Shown here: piece after piece, positions 32,321 through 41,785 of the stretch
Layout: the number at the start of each line of letters is the position of its first letter
Position numbering within the stretch: the stretch's first letter is position 1
NCBI GenBank assembly: GCA_050287085.1
Contig: JBNKBE010000011.1
Coordinates: 128,001-192,000, forward strand
Length of the DNA: 64,000 nt
DNA from: Polyangiaceae bacterium
GTDB taxonomy: Bacteria > Myxococcota_A > Polyangia > Polyangiales > Polyangiaceae
Reading direction: 5' to 3'
Program-made: the position numbers and the translations under genes
Notes under the pieces: model-generated
What the model was told of the DNA's origin: nothing
Database searches by the model: none
What the model saw: only the letters and a program-made list of their open reading frames with translations

Positions 32321-33166
32321 TCACTCCGCCCCCGCGGAATACACAGCATCAAAGTGGTCCGCAAAACGCTTCATATAGCGTTGCCAGTCAAGTTCTTGAT
32401 GGAGCTCGTGATAACACCCCTCTACAACGTGCAGCTCTCCATTCGGTAGGCGATCGAAGACCGCTTGCGTCGCTTGAACCGAGACAATGAAATCAAGCTG
32501 TGATTGGAGGCAGAACACTGGACAGGAAAGCGCCGGCGCTCGCTGCAATACTTCCTGCTGAGCCTCCAGCACCTCCGTGAACCAGCGCGCAGTAACACGG
32601 TGAATGGCCAACGGATCGGCATCGAGCAGGCGAGCGCGCTCAGCGTCATGAGTGAGTTTGTCAGAGGAAATCGTCGTCTCGTCAGAGTAGGTGGGCCAGA
32701 CGCGGCTCATCCAACGGCCCAGCGCTACACGCCACGCAGCGGGCTGCAACCCAATGCCGAAGAGCGGAGAGCTCAGCACCAAAGCGCGCACATCAAGACG
32801 GTGTTGCAGCCAAGTTCGAGCGGTGATGAGGCCCCCCATGCTGTGCCCAAACAGCACCGGCTTACCTGCGGCCGACCATGTGGGAAGCTCGTCCAGGGTC
32901 TGTAAGACGTCGAGCAGGTCGCGACTCCAGTCGTCGAAGCGCGCAACATGGCCGCGCCGCCCTTCGGACAGCCCCTGACCGCGGGGATCGTAGACGGCTA
33001 CCAGATGACCGAGAGAGCGCCAATACTCCGCCACGTGGGCCCAACGCCCCACGTGCTCAGCGAACCCCGGGGTCAACAATACAGCGCCGCGAACGGCGGT
33101 CGACGGCTCAAACACGCAATAGCGCAAAGTCGGCATGCCAGGCCGCCGCAGGAAGAGATCTGCCAT
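32321..33166 (-). CDS. Alpha/beta hydrolase (lysophospholipase PldB-like)
   Basis: GFAEH.GR, D.RGQG.S.G.RGH, GHSMGG, D..V, HELHQE. Confidence 0.9.
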   Translation of the reverse strand: MADLFLRRPGMPTLRYCVFEPSTAVRGAVLLTPGFAEHVGRWAHVAEYWRSLGHLVAVYDPRGQGLSEGRRGHVARFDDWSRDLLDVLQTLDELPTWSAAGKPVLFGHSMGGLITARTWLQHRLDVRALVLSSPLFGIGLQPAAWRVALGRWMSRVWPTYSDETTISSDKLTHDAERARLLDADPLAIHRVTARWFTEVLEAQQEVLQRAPALSCPVFCLQSQLDFIVSVQATQAVFDRLPNGELHVVEGCYHELHQELDWQRYMKRFADHFDAVYSAGAE

Positions 33167-33223
33167 ATATGAACCAAGGTAGCACGCAGTGCCCCTCAAG
33201 CGCACGCTGGGAGCCACGGGCCC

Positions 33224-33715
33224 CTAGGTGCGCCCGCAGGCGGCGGCTGCCAACGCGCTTCCTTGAAGCGCGAGCCCACGAGCTACCGCGGCCCTTGCCT
33301 GCTGCACCGCTTTCAGGTCGCGCGCGATGAGTTCGCGCTCACCCAGCGATTCCCTTCGCGCCCCCGGGGCAACAACTGCCTGCGCGTTCATCACGCCGGC
33401 AGCAACGCTCGAAGCTACAGGCCGCTCGGAGGTGCTCCACGCTGCGGCAACCCCCGTGGTCCCTTCGCCAGACGCCGGGGACAACCCCAGACCGAGCCCT
33501 CCTTCTCCCTCGTCGAGCCACAAGGCGATCTCGTCCAGCCATTGCAGTTCTCCTCCGGACAGCTCTGATTGACCTTCCGACAAGTCGGTGCAGTCTTCCA
33601 AGAGCGCCAGGATCTCGTCGTCGGTAAGCTCAGACAGACATATTCCAGCGTTCTGGAGTCCCTCCGTCGGCGCCGGGGGAGCGCTCGAGTGAGTGGCCAT
33701 TGCCTCCACGTTCAT
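33224..33715 (-). CDS. Hypothetical protein
   Basis: ORF coupled (ATGA) to the upstream TPR gene; no recognised motif. Confidence 0.45.
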   Translation of the reverse strand: MNVEAMATHSSAPPAPTEGLQNAGICLSELTDDEILALLEDCTDLSEGQSELSGGELQWLDEIALWLDEGEGGLGLGLSPASGEGTTGVAAAWSTSERPVASSVAAGVMNAQAVVAPGARRESLGERELIARDLKAVQQARAAVARGLALQGSALAAAACGRT

Positions 33716-34116
33716 GCTTCGGCTCCCCCTGAAGAAGCCCGGACGGGAGCGTTCGACCGCGACACACTCCCGGGTTCACTGGACAGCCTGAGGCCTGCCT
33801 CGCAGAACAGAGCCGCCGCGCCGCGATGCGCTCCCAGCTCAAATGCGCGCTGCGCCGCTTCGAACCGTCCGGCCTCGGCCAAGCTGCGCCCAAGCAGATA
33901 CCAGGCAGCAACGTCTTGCGGCTTGGACAGCACCAACAAGCGTTGAATTGCGGCCGCATCGCGATAGTGCGCCCCCTCGAATAAGAAGCGGCCCCACCGG
34001 CGAAGGCCTTGCTGCAAGCTCGGCGACAAACAGCTGAGCACACGGCCGCGCGGGGCCGTTGTCGGCGGCGACTGGGCGCCGTTCCCCTCGGAGGGCATCA
34101 TCGACTGGTTGTTCAT
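33712..34116 (-). CDS. Small TPR protein (SycD/LcrH-like)
   Basis: G..LFEGAHYRDAA...L...P....WYLLGRSL...GRFEAA..AF two-TPR pattern. Confidence 0.55.
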   Translation of the reverse strand: MNNQSMMPSEGNGAQSPPTTAPRGRVLSCLSPSLQQGLRRWGRFLFEGAHYRDAAAIQRLLVLSKPQDVAAWYLLGRSLAEAGRFEAAQRAFELGAHRGAAALFCEAGLRLSSEPGSVSRSNAPVRASSGGAEA

Positions 34117-34217
34117 GCCAAGCCCTCGCCCCGAGAATGGACGGGTTGCGCACAAAGGTTCGCAGACTCAACAAAGCGCAGGGTGCAAACTCAGAGCGGC
34201 AGCCCCTGGTACGGATT

Positions 34218-35300
34218 CTAGTCGGAACCGAGCACGTCCAAGAGACACCGAAAGTCGACGCTGTCCAGCGTCGGCAACTCTCGAGTCACGCACTCGCGCA
34301 GCAGACGCTCCAGGTAGGTCGAACGAAAGAAGTGCTGACCCGAACGCACCACGTAGTTCAAGAGGAAGAAGCGATACGCCTCCTTGAGAAAGAGGAGGTC
34401 CTCTTCCTGCAGGGGAAAGATCTCGTGATAGGCCCGCAAGAACTCCCCGAAGCGTGGCTCGAAGAATGGGCGGGCATTGTAGCTAAATAGCGTCTTATCC
34501 CCCTCCGAGCGGACCACGCGGGCAGCAAAGTAGAAGTCGAGCGTGCGAGGTCCGATCCGGAACCAATCGTAGTCCCAACGCGAGTAGAATTTGAAGCCTG
34601 TGGCCTCCAGCCCCACCGAGAAGTTCCCAATGTTCCAGTCCAATAGCACGGGACTTCGCGGCATATGATGATATCCCAGTCGCTCCGCGTTGAGCAGCAA
34701 TAGCTCACACTGTCCCCGCAGGAAATGCTCCTCCTGATCGCTCAATCCGTGCTCGTGGCGAAAGGAGTCACTGCCCAATACCTCGTGCAGCGCGGCAACG
34801 TCACTCCCAAGGGTCTTCCAGGTCGGATCCAAACGCGGAGCCACCGCGGCAGAAGCCAGATGAAAGTGAGCCAACTCCCGCCCAAAGGCCCGCACCTGAT
34901 CCAAGGTCAATACCCGCGGCAGAAAGTCGTAGAACGGGGCCTTGTCGTAGAACACCACCCAGCGTTCTTGTTCGCGATAGGTAAACACGTCTCCCGGTGG
35001 ACCAATGATGGGCGCCAAGAACTCCGAGAAGCGCGTGCCTCCAAGCAAGCGCCGCCACTGCGCGATCAGTTGGTGGTCTTGACGGAAGTGTACGTATGAC
35101 CCGTAGCTCGAGGTCTTGGCGATCACCTCTGCGCCGCGTTCGAATGTGAGTCGAAACACCCGGTTCGTCGACACTTTGGCGCTGATGTCTTGAATCCCCA
35201 CCGGGACGCCCGAATGACCCAAGGCTTCCCAAGCGCGACGGACGAGGGCCGCATCGTTGAGCCTGCGGATATCGCTGTCACGATCACCCATTGGGCCCAT
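34218..35300 (-). CDS. APH/choline-kinase-like phosphotransferase fold protein
   Basis: TNRVFRL, VIAK, GRELAHFH, LDWNIGN (Brenner-like), WDYDW. Confidence 0.65.
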   Translation of the reverse strand: MGPMGDRDSDIRRLNDAALVRRAWEALGHSGVPVGIQDISAKVSTNRVFRLTFERGAEVIAKTSSYGSYVHFRQDHQLIAQWRRLLGGTRFSEFLAPIIGPPGDVFTYREQERWVVFYDKAPFYDFLPRVLTLDQVRAFGRELAHFHLASAAVAPRLDPTWKTLGSDVAALHEVLGSDSFRHEHGLSDQEEHFLRGQCELLLLNAERLGYHHMPRSPVLLDWNIGNFSVGLEATGFKFYSRWDYDWFRIGPRTLDFYFAARVVRSEGDKTLFSYNARPFFEPRFGEFLRAYHEIFPLQEEDLLFLKEAYRFFLLNYVVRSGQHFFRSTYLERLLRECVTRELPTLDSVDFRCLLDVLGSD

Positions 35301-35571
35301 ACTGTGACGCAGTTCAGTCCTCGGAGCATGATTTCCGGCACAGGCCAAGCAGCCTGCGCTCTCGTACCCAAGTTCCGAACGGCCCGAGGTACTGGAATTG
35401 ACGCAGGAAGCACTATTCGGACGCTCCTTGGCCGTCGGATTGTGCTGGAGTTTCAACCGCTTTGGGGTGCAAATGAGCAGCGGCGGACGGCCCGCGTCGG
35501 GGGCGTGGCTTTTTTGTCGGACAAGCGCTTGCTAACTGACCCGGACGCGACTAGCTTTGCCGCCCCTTCAG

Positions 35572-35883
35572 ATGGCACACGCGATATTTAAGACCGGCGG
35601 GAAGCAGTACCGGGCCGCAGAGGGCGACCGGATCCGCATCCCAAAAACCGACGGAAACCCCGGTGACAAGCTCACCTTTGACCAGGTCCTGGCGCTCGAC
35701 GGCGACAGCCCTAAGTTCGGCAAGCCGTTCTTGGCCGGAGTCAAAGTTGAGGCGGAAATCCTCAAGCAGGATCGAGACAAGAAGCTCATCGTCTTCAAGT
35801 TCAAGCGCCGCAAGCGTCATCGCAAGAAGGCCGGGCACCGTCAGGACTTCACTGAGGTGAAGATCACGGGCATTTCGGCCTGA
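35572..35883 (+). CDS. rplU: 50S ribosomal protein L21
   Basis: AIFKTGGKQY, FKFKRRK..RKKAGHRQDFT. Confidence 0.97.
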   Translation: MAHAIFKTGGKQYRAAEGDRIRIPKTDGNPGDKLTFDQVLALDGDSPKFGKPFLAGVKVEAEILKQDRDKKLIVFKFKRRKRHRKKAGHRQDFTEVKITGISA

Positions 35884-35919
35884 TCGGGCGATTACACCGC
35901 AGACTGGAGAGAATGCAGC

Positions 35920-36177
35920 ATGGCACATAAAAAGGGCGGCGGCTCCACACGCAACGGACGTGATTCGAATCCCCAACACCGCGGCGTTAAGCGCTTCGGG
36001 GGTGAGCAGGTCAATGCTGGTACCATTTTGGTGCGCCAGGTAGGTGAAAGCGTCGCGCCCGGCACTAACGTCGGCAAGGGCAAGGACTTCACCCTCTACG
36101 CATTGATAGACGGCAAGGTAGCGTTTGAGTACGTGACCAAGTCGAAGCGGAAAGTCTCCGTCTACCCCGCAAACTAG
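35920..36177 (+). CDS. rpmA: 50S ribosomal protein L27
   Basis: [31 protein letters not shown]. Confidence 0.98.
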   Translation: MAHKKGGGSTRNGRDSNPQHRGVKRFGGEQVNAGTILVRQVGESVAPGTNVGKGKDFTLYALIDGKVAFEYVTKSKRKVSVYPAN

Positions 36178-36242
36178 ATTGATCTGGGCGCACCTCGCGT
36201 CCAGCGATGTCACTGAAGCAGGCCGCAAAGACAGCGGCCGAG

Positions 36243-36271
36243 GCCTGATCCCACCTGGGGTCGGGCTTTTT
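36243..36271 (+). terminator. Rho-independent terminator after rpmA
   Basis: GCCTGATCCC-ACCT-GGGGTCGGGC stem followed by TTTTT. Confidence 0.75.
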
Positions 36272-36311
36272 CGTTTGCGCGCTGAGTGTTAGGGTGCGCA
36301 CTTTCGAGCCA

Positions 36312-36899
36312 ATGGCTGCTGCAACCTCACAGACTCCTCCGAGACGACCCGTCTATCTAGCCCTTGCGCTCTCTCTGTGCTGGTTTCTGGCGTTCACCAT
36401 CATTCAGAACGGCTACTTTACGATCAAAGTGGCCAACGCCCCCTTGGCGGCTCAAAGCATAGGCCTTCCCTCCGTGGTGAGCGAAGCCTGGGTCGAAGCC
36501 GTCGCCAGCAACCTCGGCACAGCAATCCCGATTTCGGTCGCGCAGTTGCTGCTCGGCGGGCTGCTCCTATTCGTCAGCTCCATCATCGTCCTGGGCGGAC
36601 GGGTGCCGCTCGCTTTGAGCCTGCAAGCACTGGCAGCCAACGCGGTGCTCGCAGTAGTCCACTATGCCATGAGCGGCGACGAGCGCTCCGCGTTGATCCG
36701 CGCCTTTGTAGAGCTCTCGGAAGTGCCCGGAGAAGATCCAGCCAGCATCAAGGCGATGGCAACCTCCGCCTATTACTGGGCGTTTCGTCTTGGACTCCTG
36801 ACGCACTTGCTTCTTTTCGCGGTGGGAGCGTTTGCACTGACGCGGCAGCGTGCGCGCCACTACCTTGCGTACGCCCCCGATCCGGGTCGCGAGCGGTAG
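36312..36899 (+). CDS. Hypothetical 4-TM membrane protein
   Basis: Four hydrophobic segments. Confidence 0.6.
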   Translation: MAAATSQTPPRRPVYLALALSLCWFLAFTIIQNGYFTIKVANAPLAAQSIGLPSVVSEAWVEAVASNLGTAIPISVAQLLLGGLLLFVSSIIVLGGRVPLALSLQALAANAVLAVVHYAMSGDERSALIRAFVELSEVPGEDPASIKAMATSAYYWAFRLGLLTHLLLFAVGAFALTRQRARHYLAYAPDPGRER

Positions 36900-36932
36900 A
36901 AGGCGGCAAGTAGACCTAAGATACTCAGCGTC

Positions 36933-38951
36933 ATGCCCCGGATCGCAGTTCTTCCCGCCGCTCTCGCCAGTCAGATCGCCGCTGGCGAAGTGGTGGAGCG
37001 CCCCGCGAGCGCTCTAAAGGAGCTGATCGAGAACAGTCTCGATGCAGGTGCCGAACGCTGCGATATCGAGATTGAAGGCGGTGGGATCTTGCGACTCCGC
37101 ATTCGCGACGACGGCTCGGGCATGAGCCCAGAGGACGCGCCCCTCGCGGTGCAGCGCCATGCAACCAGCAAGCTGCAACGTTTCGAGGACCTCGACGACC
37201 TGCCGAGCTTCGGCTTCCGCGGGGAGGCACTGCCCAGCATTGCTTCCGTGAGCCGCTTTTCGCTCGAGACGCGCACTCCGGAAAACGAAGCGGGCACTCG
37301 CATCGTCGTCGACGGAGGGGGTCCGCCGGCGGTCAGTCCCGTCGGGATGGCCCCGGGCACATGTATCGACGTGCGCGACCTGTTCTACAACGTACCCGCC
37401 CGACGCAAGTTTCTACGATCGAGTGGGACCGAGTCTGGGCACATCGCCGAAGTGGTCGACAACGCCGCCCTCGCTTGCCCCGGCGTCACCTTCACGCTGC
37501 TGCGCGACGGCCGCCGGGCGCGAGAATGGCTACGCGCGCCGGGAAGGGGTGAACGGGTTCGAGACGTCCTCGGCGAAAGCATCCCTTACACTTGCGCAGG
37601 AGAGCGAGGTCCGCTGCGCATAGAGGCGTATCTCAGCGCCCCCCAGCAGGCGCGCAGCGGCTCTTCGGCGCTGCGCCTGTTCTGCAACGAACGCCCGATC
37701 CGCGATCGCGCCATCCTCGGCACCGTCGCCCAGGTGTACGGCGCGGCGCTCGAACGCGGTCGTTATCCCCGCGGCGTGGTGTATATCAACCTGCCTCCAC
37801 AGCTAGTTGATATCAACGTTCATCCGCAAAAAACGGAAGTGCGTTTCGCCGATCCCCGCGCTGTGTGCGACGCCATATTCGATCTCCTCCACGGCCAGCT
37901 CGCCACGCAACTGACGCTGCCGCCTCCTGAGGTTCGACGCGACACCTTCGTGGGACAGACGCCGCGCGAGATCAACCCACTGACCGAGCATCTGCGGCGC
38001 GGCTCCTCGCGTCCAACGCAGCTCAGGCCCAGTCTCAAGCTGGCCGATGTGGCGAGCAGCGGACGCTTGCAAGCTAAGCCTAGGTCACAGCCGACAGGCA
38101 GCCAGACGATCTCTGCACAGCCGTTCGGACGTTCTGAGGGTCACGCAAAGCAAGTACTCGAAGGACTGAGCAACGCTCCGGCGCCGCACAGTGCTCCAGC
38201 ACCGCACAGTGCTCCAGCACCGCACAGTGCTCCAGCGCCGCACAGTGCTCCAGCGCCGCACAGTGCTCCAGCGCCGCACAGTGCTCCAGCGCCGCACAGT
38301 GCTCCAACAGCCCCCGAGGCACCCGGTGCAACTCCCTCCCCGTCGCTAGCCACGCCAGGTCGCGGCGCACGGACTCCGCAGGGTGATGCTTTCGATGCGC
38401 TGCGCGTCCTTGCCACCATCCGCTTTGGGCTGCTCGTCTGTGAAGGGCCCACCGGGCTGTACATCCTCGATCAACACGCCGCGTCAGAAGCTGTAGTCCG
38501 CCATCGTCTCACGCAAGGCGACAACGGACAGGGCGCGGCACGGCAGCGATTGCTCTTCCCCGAATCGATAGTTGTGACCGAAGTCAGTGAACAACACCTC
38601 GAGCGAGCGTTACCCTATTATGAACGCCTTGGGTTCGAACTGCGACTCCACGGCGCGGGCGCGGCGAGTCTCCACTCCGTGCCACGGGTACTCAGTCATC
38701 GCCCGGCGCTGGAATTGGCCACAACACTGCTCGGTGCCGCGCGTCAGGACGACGAACTGGACGAAAGCCGTTTGCTCTCGGAGCTGGCATGCCAAGGTGC
38801 CTGGCGCAGCGATGAATCTCGAACCATTGCAGCGGCCCAAGCTCTTGTTGCGGAACTCGCCGGGCTCGATACGAAAGCACCCGCGATCCATCGACGCATA
38901 GTCGTACACTTCACGCCTTGGTCCGACGTGGAGCGGCGCATTGGACGATAG
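36933..38951 (+). CDS. mutL: DNA mismatch repair protein MutL
   Basis: QIAAGEVVERPAS, HATSK, GFRGEALPSI, VDINVHPQKTEVRF, LDQHAA; adjacent to miaA. Confidence 0.95.
   Translation: MPRIAVLPAALASQIAAGEVVERPASALKELIENSLDAGAERCDIEIEGGGILRLRIRDDGSGMSPEDAPLAVQRHATSKLQRFEDLDDLPSFGFRGEALPSIASVSRFSLETRTPENEAGTRIVVDGGGPPAVSPVGMAPGTCIDVRDLFYNVPARRKFLRSSGTESGHIAEVVDNAALACPGVTFTLLRDGRRAREWLRAPGRGERVRDVLGESIPYTCAGERGPLRIEAYLSAPQQARSGSSALRLFCNERPIRDRAILGTVAQVYGAALERGRYPRGVVYINLPPQLVDINVHPQKTEVRFADPRAVCDAIFDLLHGQLATQLTLPPPEVRRDTFVGQTPREINPLTEHLRRGSSRPTQLRPSLKLADVASSGRLQAKPRSQPTGSQTISAQPFGRSEGHAKQVLEGLSNAPAPHSAPAPHSAPAPHSAPAPHSAPAPHSAPAPHSAPAPHSAPTAPEAPGATPSPSLATPGRGARTPQGDAFDALRVLATIRFGLLVCEGPTGLYILDQHAASEAVVRHRLTQGDNGQGAARQRLLFPESIVVTEVSEQHLERALPYYERLGFELRLHGAGAASLHSVPRVLSHRPALELATTLLGAARQDDELDESRLLSELACQGAWRSDESRTIAAAQALVAELAGLDTKAPAIHRRIVVHFTPWSDVERRIGR
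38175..38306 (+). repeat. In-frame 18-bp tandem repeat x7 in the mutL linker (APAPHS)
   Basis: GCTCCRGCRCCGCACAGT units read directly. Confidence 0.92.
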
Positions 38952-39900
38952 AATTCTCGCACTCGTCGGCCCGACTGCGTCCGGCAAGACGGCGCTCGCC
39001 ATTGAACTGGCTTCGGCTATCGACGCCGAGATAGTCAGTGTAGACAGCGTTCAGCTGTACGCACACTTTGATATTGGAAGCGGTAAGCCCTCAGCCGAGG
39101 AATTGGCACGCATCCGTCATCACCTGATCGGCGTCGCCGATCCGCTCGACGCCTGGGACGCCAGTCGCTTTGCCGCGGAGGCCCGCCGAATCGTCGACGA
39201 GATTCAACAACGCGGCAAACGCGTCGTGTTGTGCGGCGGCACCTACCTGTGGCTCAAAGCGCTGGTATTTGGACTAGTCCCAGCGCCCCCGAAAAACGAC
39301 GCCTTGCGCGCGCAACATCTCGCGCTAGCGGAAACCCACGGACGAGCGGCGCTGCACGAGCGCCTGACCCAGGTGGATTCCGAGGCCGCAGCGCGCCTGA
39401 ATCCGAACGACTTCGTCCGCGTGAGCCGAGCGCTCGAGGTATACGAGCTTACCGGCCAGCGCCTGAGTGAGCTGCAAGCGGGTCACGGCTTCCAGCGCGC
39501 GCGCTATCCCACTTCGCTCGTCGGCATTCACTACGAACCCGCGGCTCTCGGCATTCGCATCGAAAAGCGAGTCCAGACCATGCTCAACGCCGGGTGGGAA
39601 GCGGAAGTCCGACGACTGATAGCTCTCGGCTATCGCGATACCCGAGCCATGCAGAGCGTCGGCTACCGCCAGGTGCTGGCGAGTCTGGATGCAGAGAACT
39701 CCGACCGCAGCTCGCTCGCTGCGAATGTGACGCAAGTCACGCGCGTATTCGCACGAAGGCAGCGTACGTGGCTTCGGGATCAGCCCGTTTTGTGGCTGCC
39801 AGGCGACGCGCCCCTCGACGTCTCAGAGGTAATCCGCCGGCTGCACGCGGCGCCCCTGCTTGGCGCGACGGCTGCCGGCAGCGCTACTGACCAAGCTTGA
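38941..39900 (+). CDS. miaA: tRNA dimethylallyltransferase
   Basis: GPTASGKT, DSVQLY..FDIGSGKP, GGTYLW, RVSRALEV, FARRQRTW. Confidence 0.95.
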   Translation: MDDRILALVGPTASGKTALAIELASAIDAEIVSVDSVQLYAHFDIGSGKPSAEELARIRHHLIGVADPLDAWDASRFAAEARRIVDEIQQRGKRVVLCGGTYLWLKALVFGLVPAPPKNDALRAQHLALAETHGRAALHERLTQVDSEAAARLNPNDFVRVSRALEVYELTGQRLSELQAGHGFQRARYPTSLVGIHYEPAALGIRIEKRVQTMLNAGWEAEVRRLIALGYRDTRAMQSVGYRQVLASLDAENSDRSSLAANVTQVTRVFARRQRTWLRDQPVLWLPGDAPLDVSEVIRRLHAAPLLGATAAGSATDQA

Positions 39901-41002
39901 GAGCGTCGAGTAAGAGCTGACCGAAGCTCATTTCGGCGACGGGCGAAGGAATCACAATAGTCGGCTCGAAACCAGTTGGCAGAGCGGCTTCGATGCGCGC
40001 GCCTGCACCCGTGGCACTCGTGCTCTCGGCCGCAGAGGGCCGACTCGAGCCAACTGCGTCGGGCTCTGAACGCAACCCCAGATCAGAATACGCCCCCGAC
40101 TCCGACACGGATTCGTGGCGCGCCTCATGCTGGCGCTGGCGTTCTGCTTGCGCGGCATCGTGCGCCCGCAGCTCCTCTTGCGCTTGAGCCGGGGGGCGCA
40201 AGCTCGCATCATACGCTGCGGCAAAGGTGCCGACTGGCAACACTTCCTCGAGCCCATCTGGCTGCAAAGCATCTTGCTCTGAGGGCTCGGGCGGCCCCAC
40301 TGTCGTCCGGTGCAACTCGAGCCGGGACGGATCCGAATCGCCTTCGAGCTCAACCGTGGTGCCCAACTGCGCCATGGTGGGAACGGAGCCCGGCATGGAA
40401 ACGGGTGCCCCGATATCGAGCTCGGGCTCGGGCATTTCGATCCGCAGCGGCGGCGTAGAAACGATGGGACCGGACTCAGGCGGCGGGGTTCGCCCCTCTT
40501 GCTCGATGGAGCTTGCGCCATCGATTCCGTCCACCTCCTCCATCTCGCTGGAGGCCGGCATCGTCTCTTCTTCTTCTGCGCTGAGCTCTTCTTCAACGTA
40601 TCCCGGAACACCCGAATGCGGAGGCTCGGGCTCCTCAGCCGCGGTCCACTCGGTGCCACTCGATCGCTGAGACAGCGGTCCAGCGTCCTCCTCCTCAACC
40701 GAGGCCCCAAAGGCAGCTTGGGCGCGCGCCGCCTGCACGTCTCCGTCGGTCACAATCGGATGCTCAAATGAAGTCGCGATCGCGTCCCGATGGGCTGCCT
40801 CGTCCGCAGCCACGTCCAAGGTCGTGACCTCCAGATCGGTATTCGGGGTGCTCGAGAGCAGGATGTCCTCGGCATTGAGCTCGAGCGCGCTTTCTTCTTC
40901 GACGGCCAAAGGAGAAAGACCGGCGCTGCGCTCAGCAACAAGGGCCGAAGCATTGCGGCGCACTCGTTCGAGAAGGCCTTCGAGTTTCTGAAGCTGCTCC
41001 AT
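39884..41002 (-). CDS. Acidic, Pro-rich, probably disordered hypothetical protein
   Basis: Helical ends (LEGLLERVRRN; FGQLLLDALKL) around a low-complexity core; abuts the upstream gene. Confidence 0.6.
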   Translation of the reverse strand: MEQLQKLEGLLERVRRNASALVAERSAGLSPLAVEEESALELNAEDILLSSTPNTDLEVTTLDVAADEAAHRDAIATSFEHPIVTDGDVQAARAQAAFGASVEEEDAGPLSQRSSGTEWTAAEEPEPPHSGVPGYVEEELSAEEEETMPASSEMEEVDGIDGASSIEQEGRTPPPESGPIVSTPPLRIEMPEPELDIGAPVSMPGSVPTMAQLGTTVELEGDSDPSRLELHRTTVGPPEPSEQDALQPDGLEEVLPVGTFAAAYDASLRPPAQAQEELRAHDAAQAERQRQHEARHESVSESGAYSDLGLRSEPDAVGSSRPSAAESTSATGAGARIEAALPTGFEPTIVIPSPVAEMSFGQLLLDALKLGQ

Positions 41003-41584
41003 TTACGCCGCTCCTTGTGTCGCGTTCAGCCGGGCCAAGATCTCCCCATAATGGCGCCCCTCCCCCAACCACGACAAGACTGTTCCACGCGCACGCTCGT
41101 TGCATGCAAGCAAACGCACGACGCTGCCATCACGCGAAAGAGCCACAACACGCGCAGATAGGTTCAAACGGCCCAGGACACCCTCCAGCACGGCCCCCAG
41201 GAAGACATCACCTGGATCGACCTTTGCGCCCGTACCAGCGCTGAGCAACAGGGTGCTGTTGGAAATGGTGAACACTAGGGCGCGTCCCCAGCGCTCCAAG
41301 CCCAAACGCCCGAGCCCCATCATAGCGAGATGGCAACCAAGGTGGTCCACCACCCGTTGTGGAGGTAACTCCTCGAGATCGGGCAGCTCGTCCTCCAGAA
41401 CACGCGCAACCTGTAGGCCCAGACCACGCCCGAAGTCGACCAGCGTTTCCGTCGAGAGTTCGCGAAAGAGCCCAACCAGGCTTTGAAAGGGCACAAGCAC
41501 ACAGGGCTCGCCCGAACCAAGACGAACTCGTCCTTCGCCCAAGTCAAATCGGACCGCGCTCTGCATCGTGGACTGCTCAGCCAA
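41003..41584 (-). CDS. V4R-like domain protein
   Basis: GRV..GE..VLVP...L, FG..LG, LAMMGLGRL.LERWG, FLGAVLEG. Confidence 0.55.
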   Translation of the reverse strand: MAEQSTMQSAVRFDLGEGRVRLGSGEPCVLVPFQSLVGLFRELSTETLVDFGRGLGLQVARVLEDELPDLEELPPQRVVDHLGCHLAMMGLGRLGLERWGRALVFTISNSTLLLSAGTGAKVDPGDVFLGAVLEGVLGRLNLSARVVALSRDGSVVRLLACNERARGTVLSWLGEGRHYGEILARLNATQGAA

Positions 41585-41785
41585 TGATCATCCTTTCCAC
41601 CGTGAGCGCTACGGGCCCGGCGTCTCGAAAGTATAGGCCGCGTTGGCCACTCCATGTCAAAGTCCTTGCAAATGAGGGCGTTCTCCAAGGCCGAGCCCTC
41701 CGGGTGCGCACTAGGCCACCTTGCGGGTTTGCGTAGGCAAGCGTAGGACTAGATCAGGTGTAATGAGCGCGTCTGGGCGCGGGAA

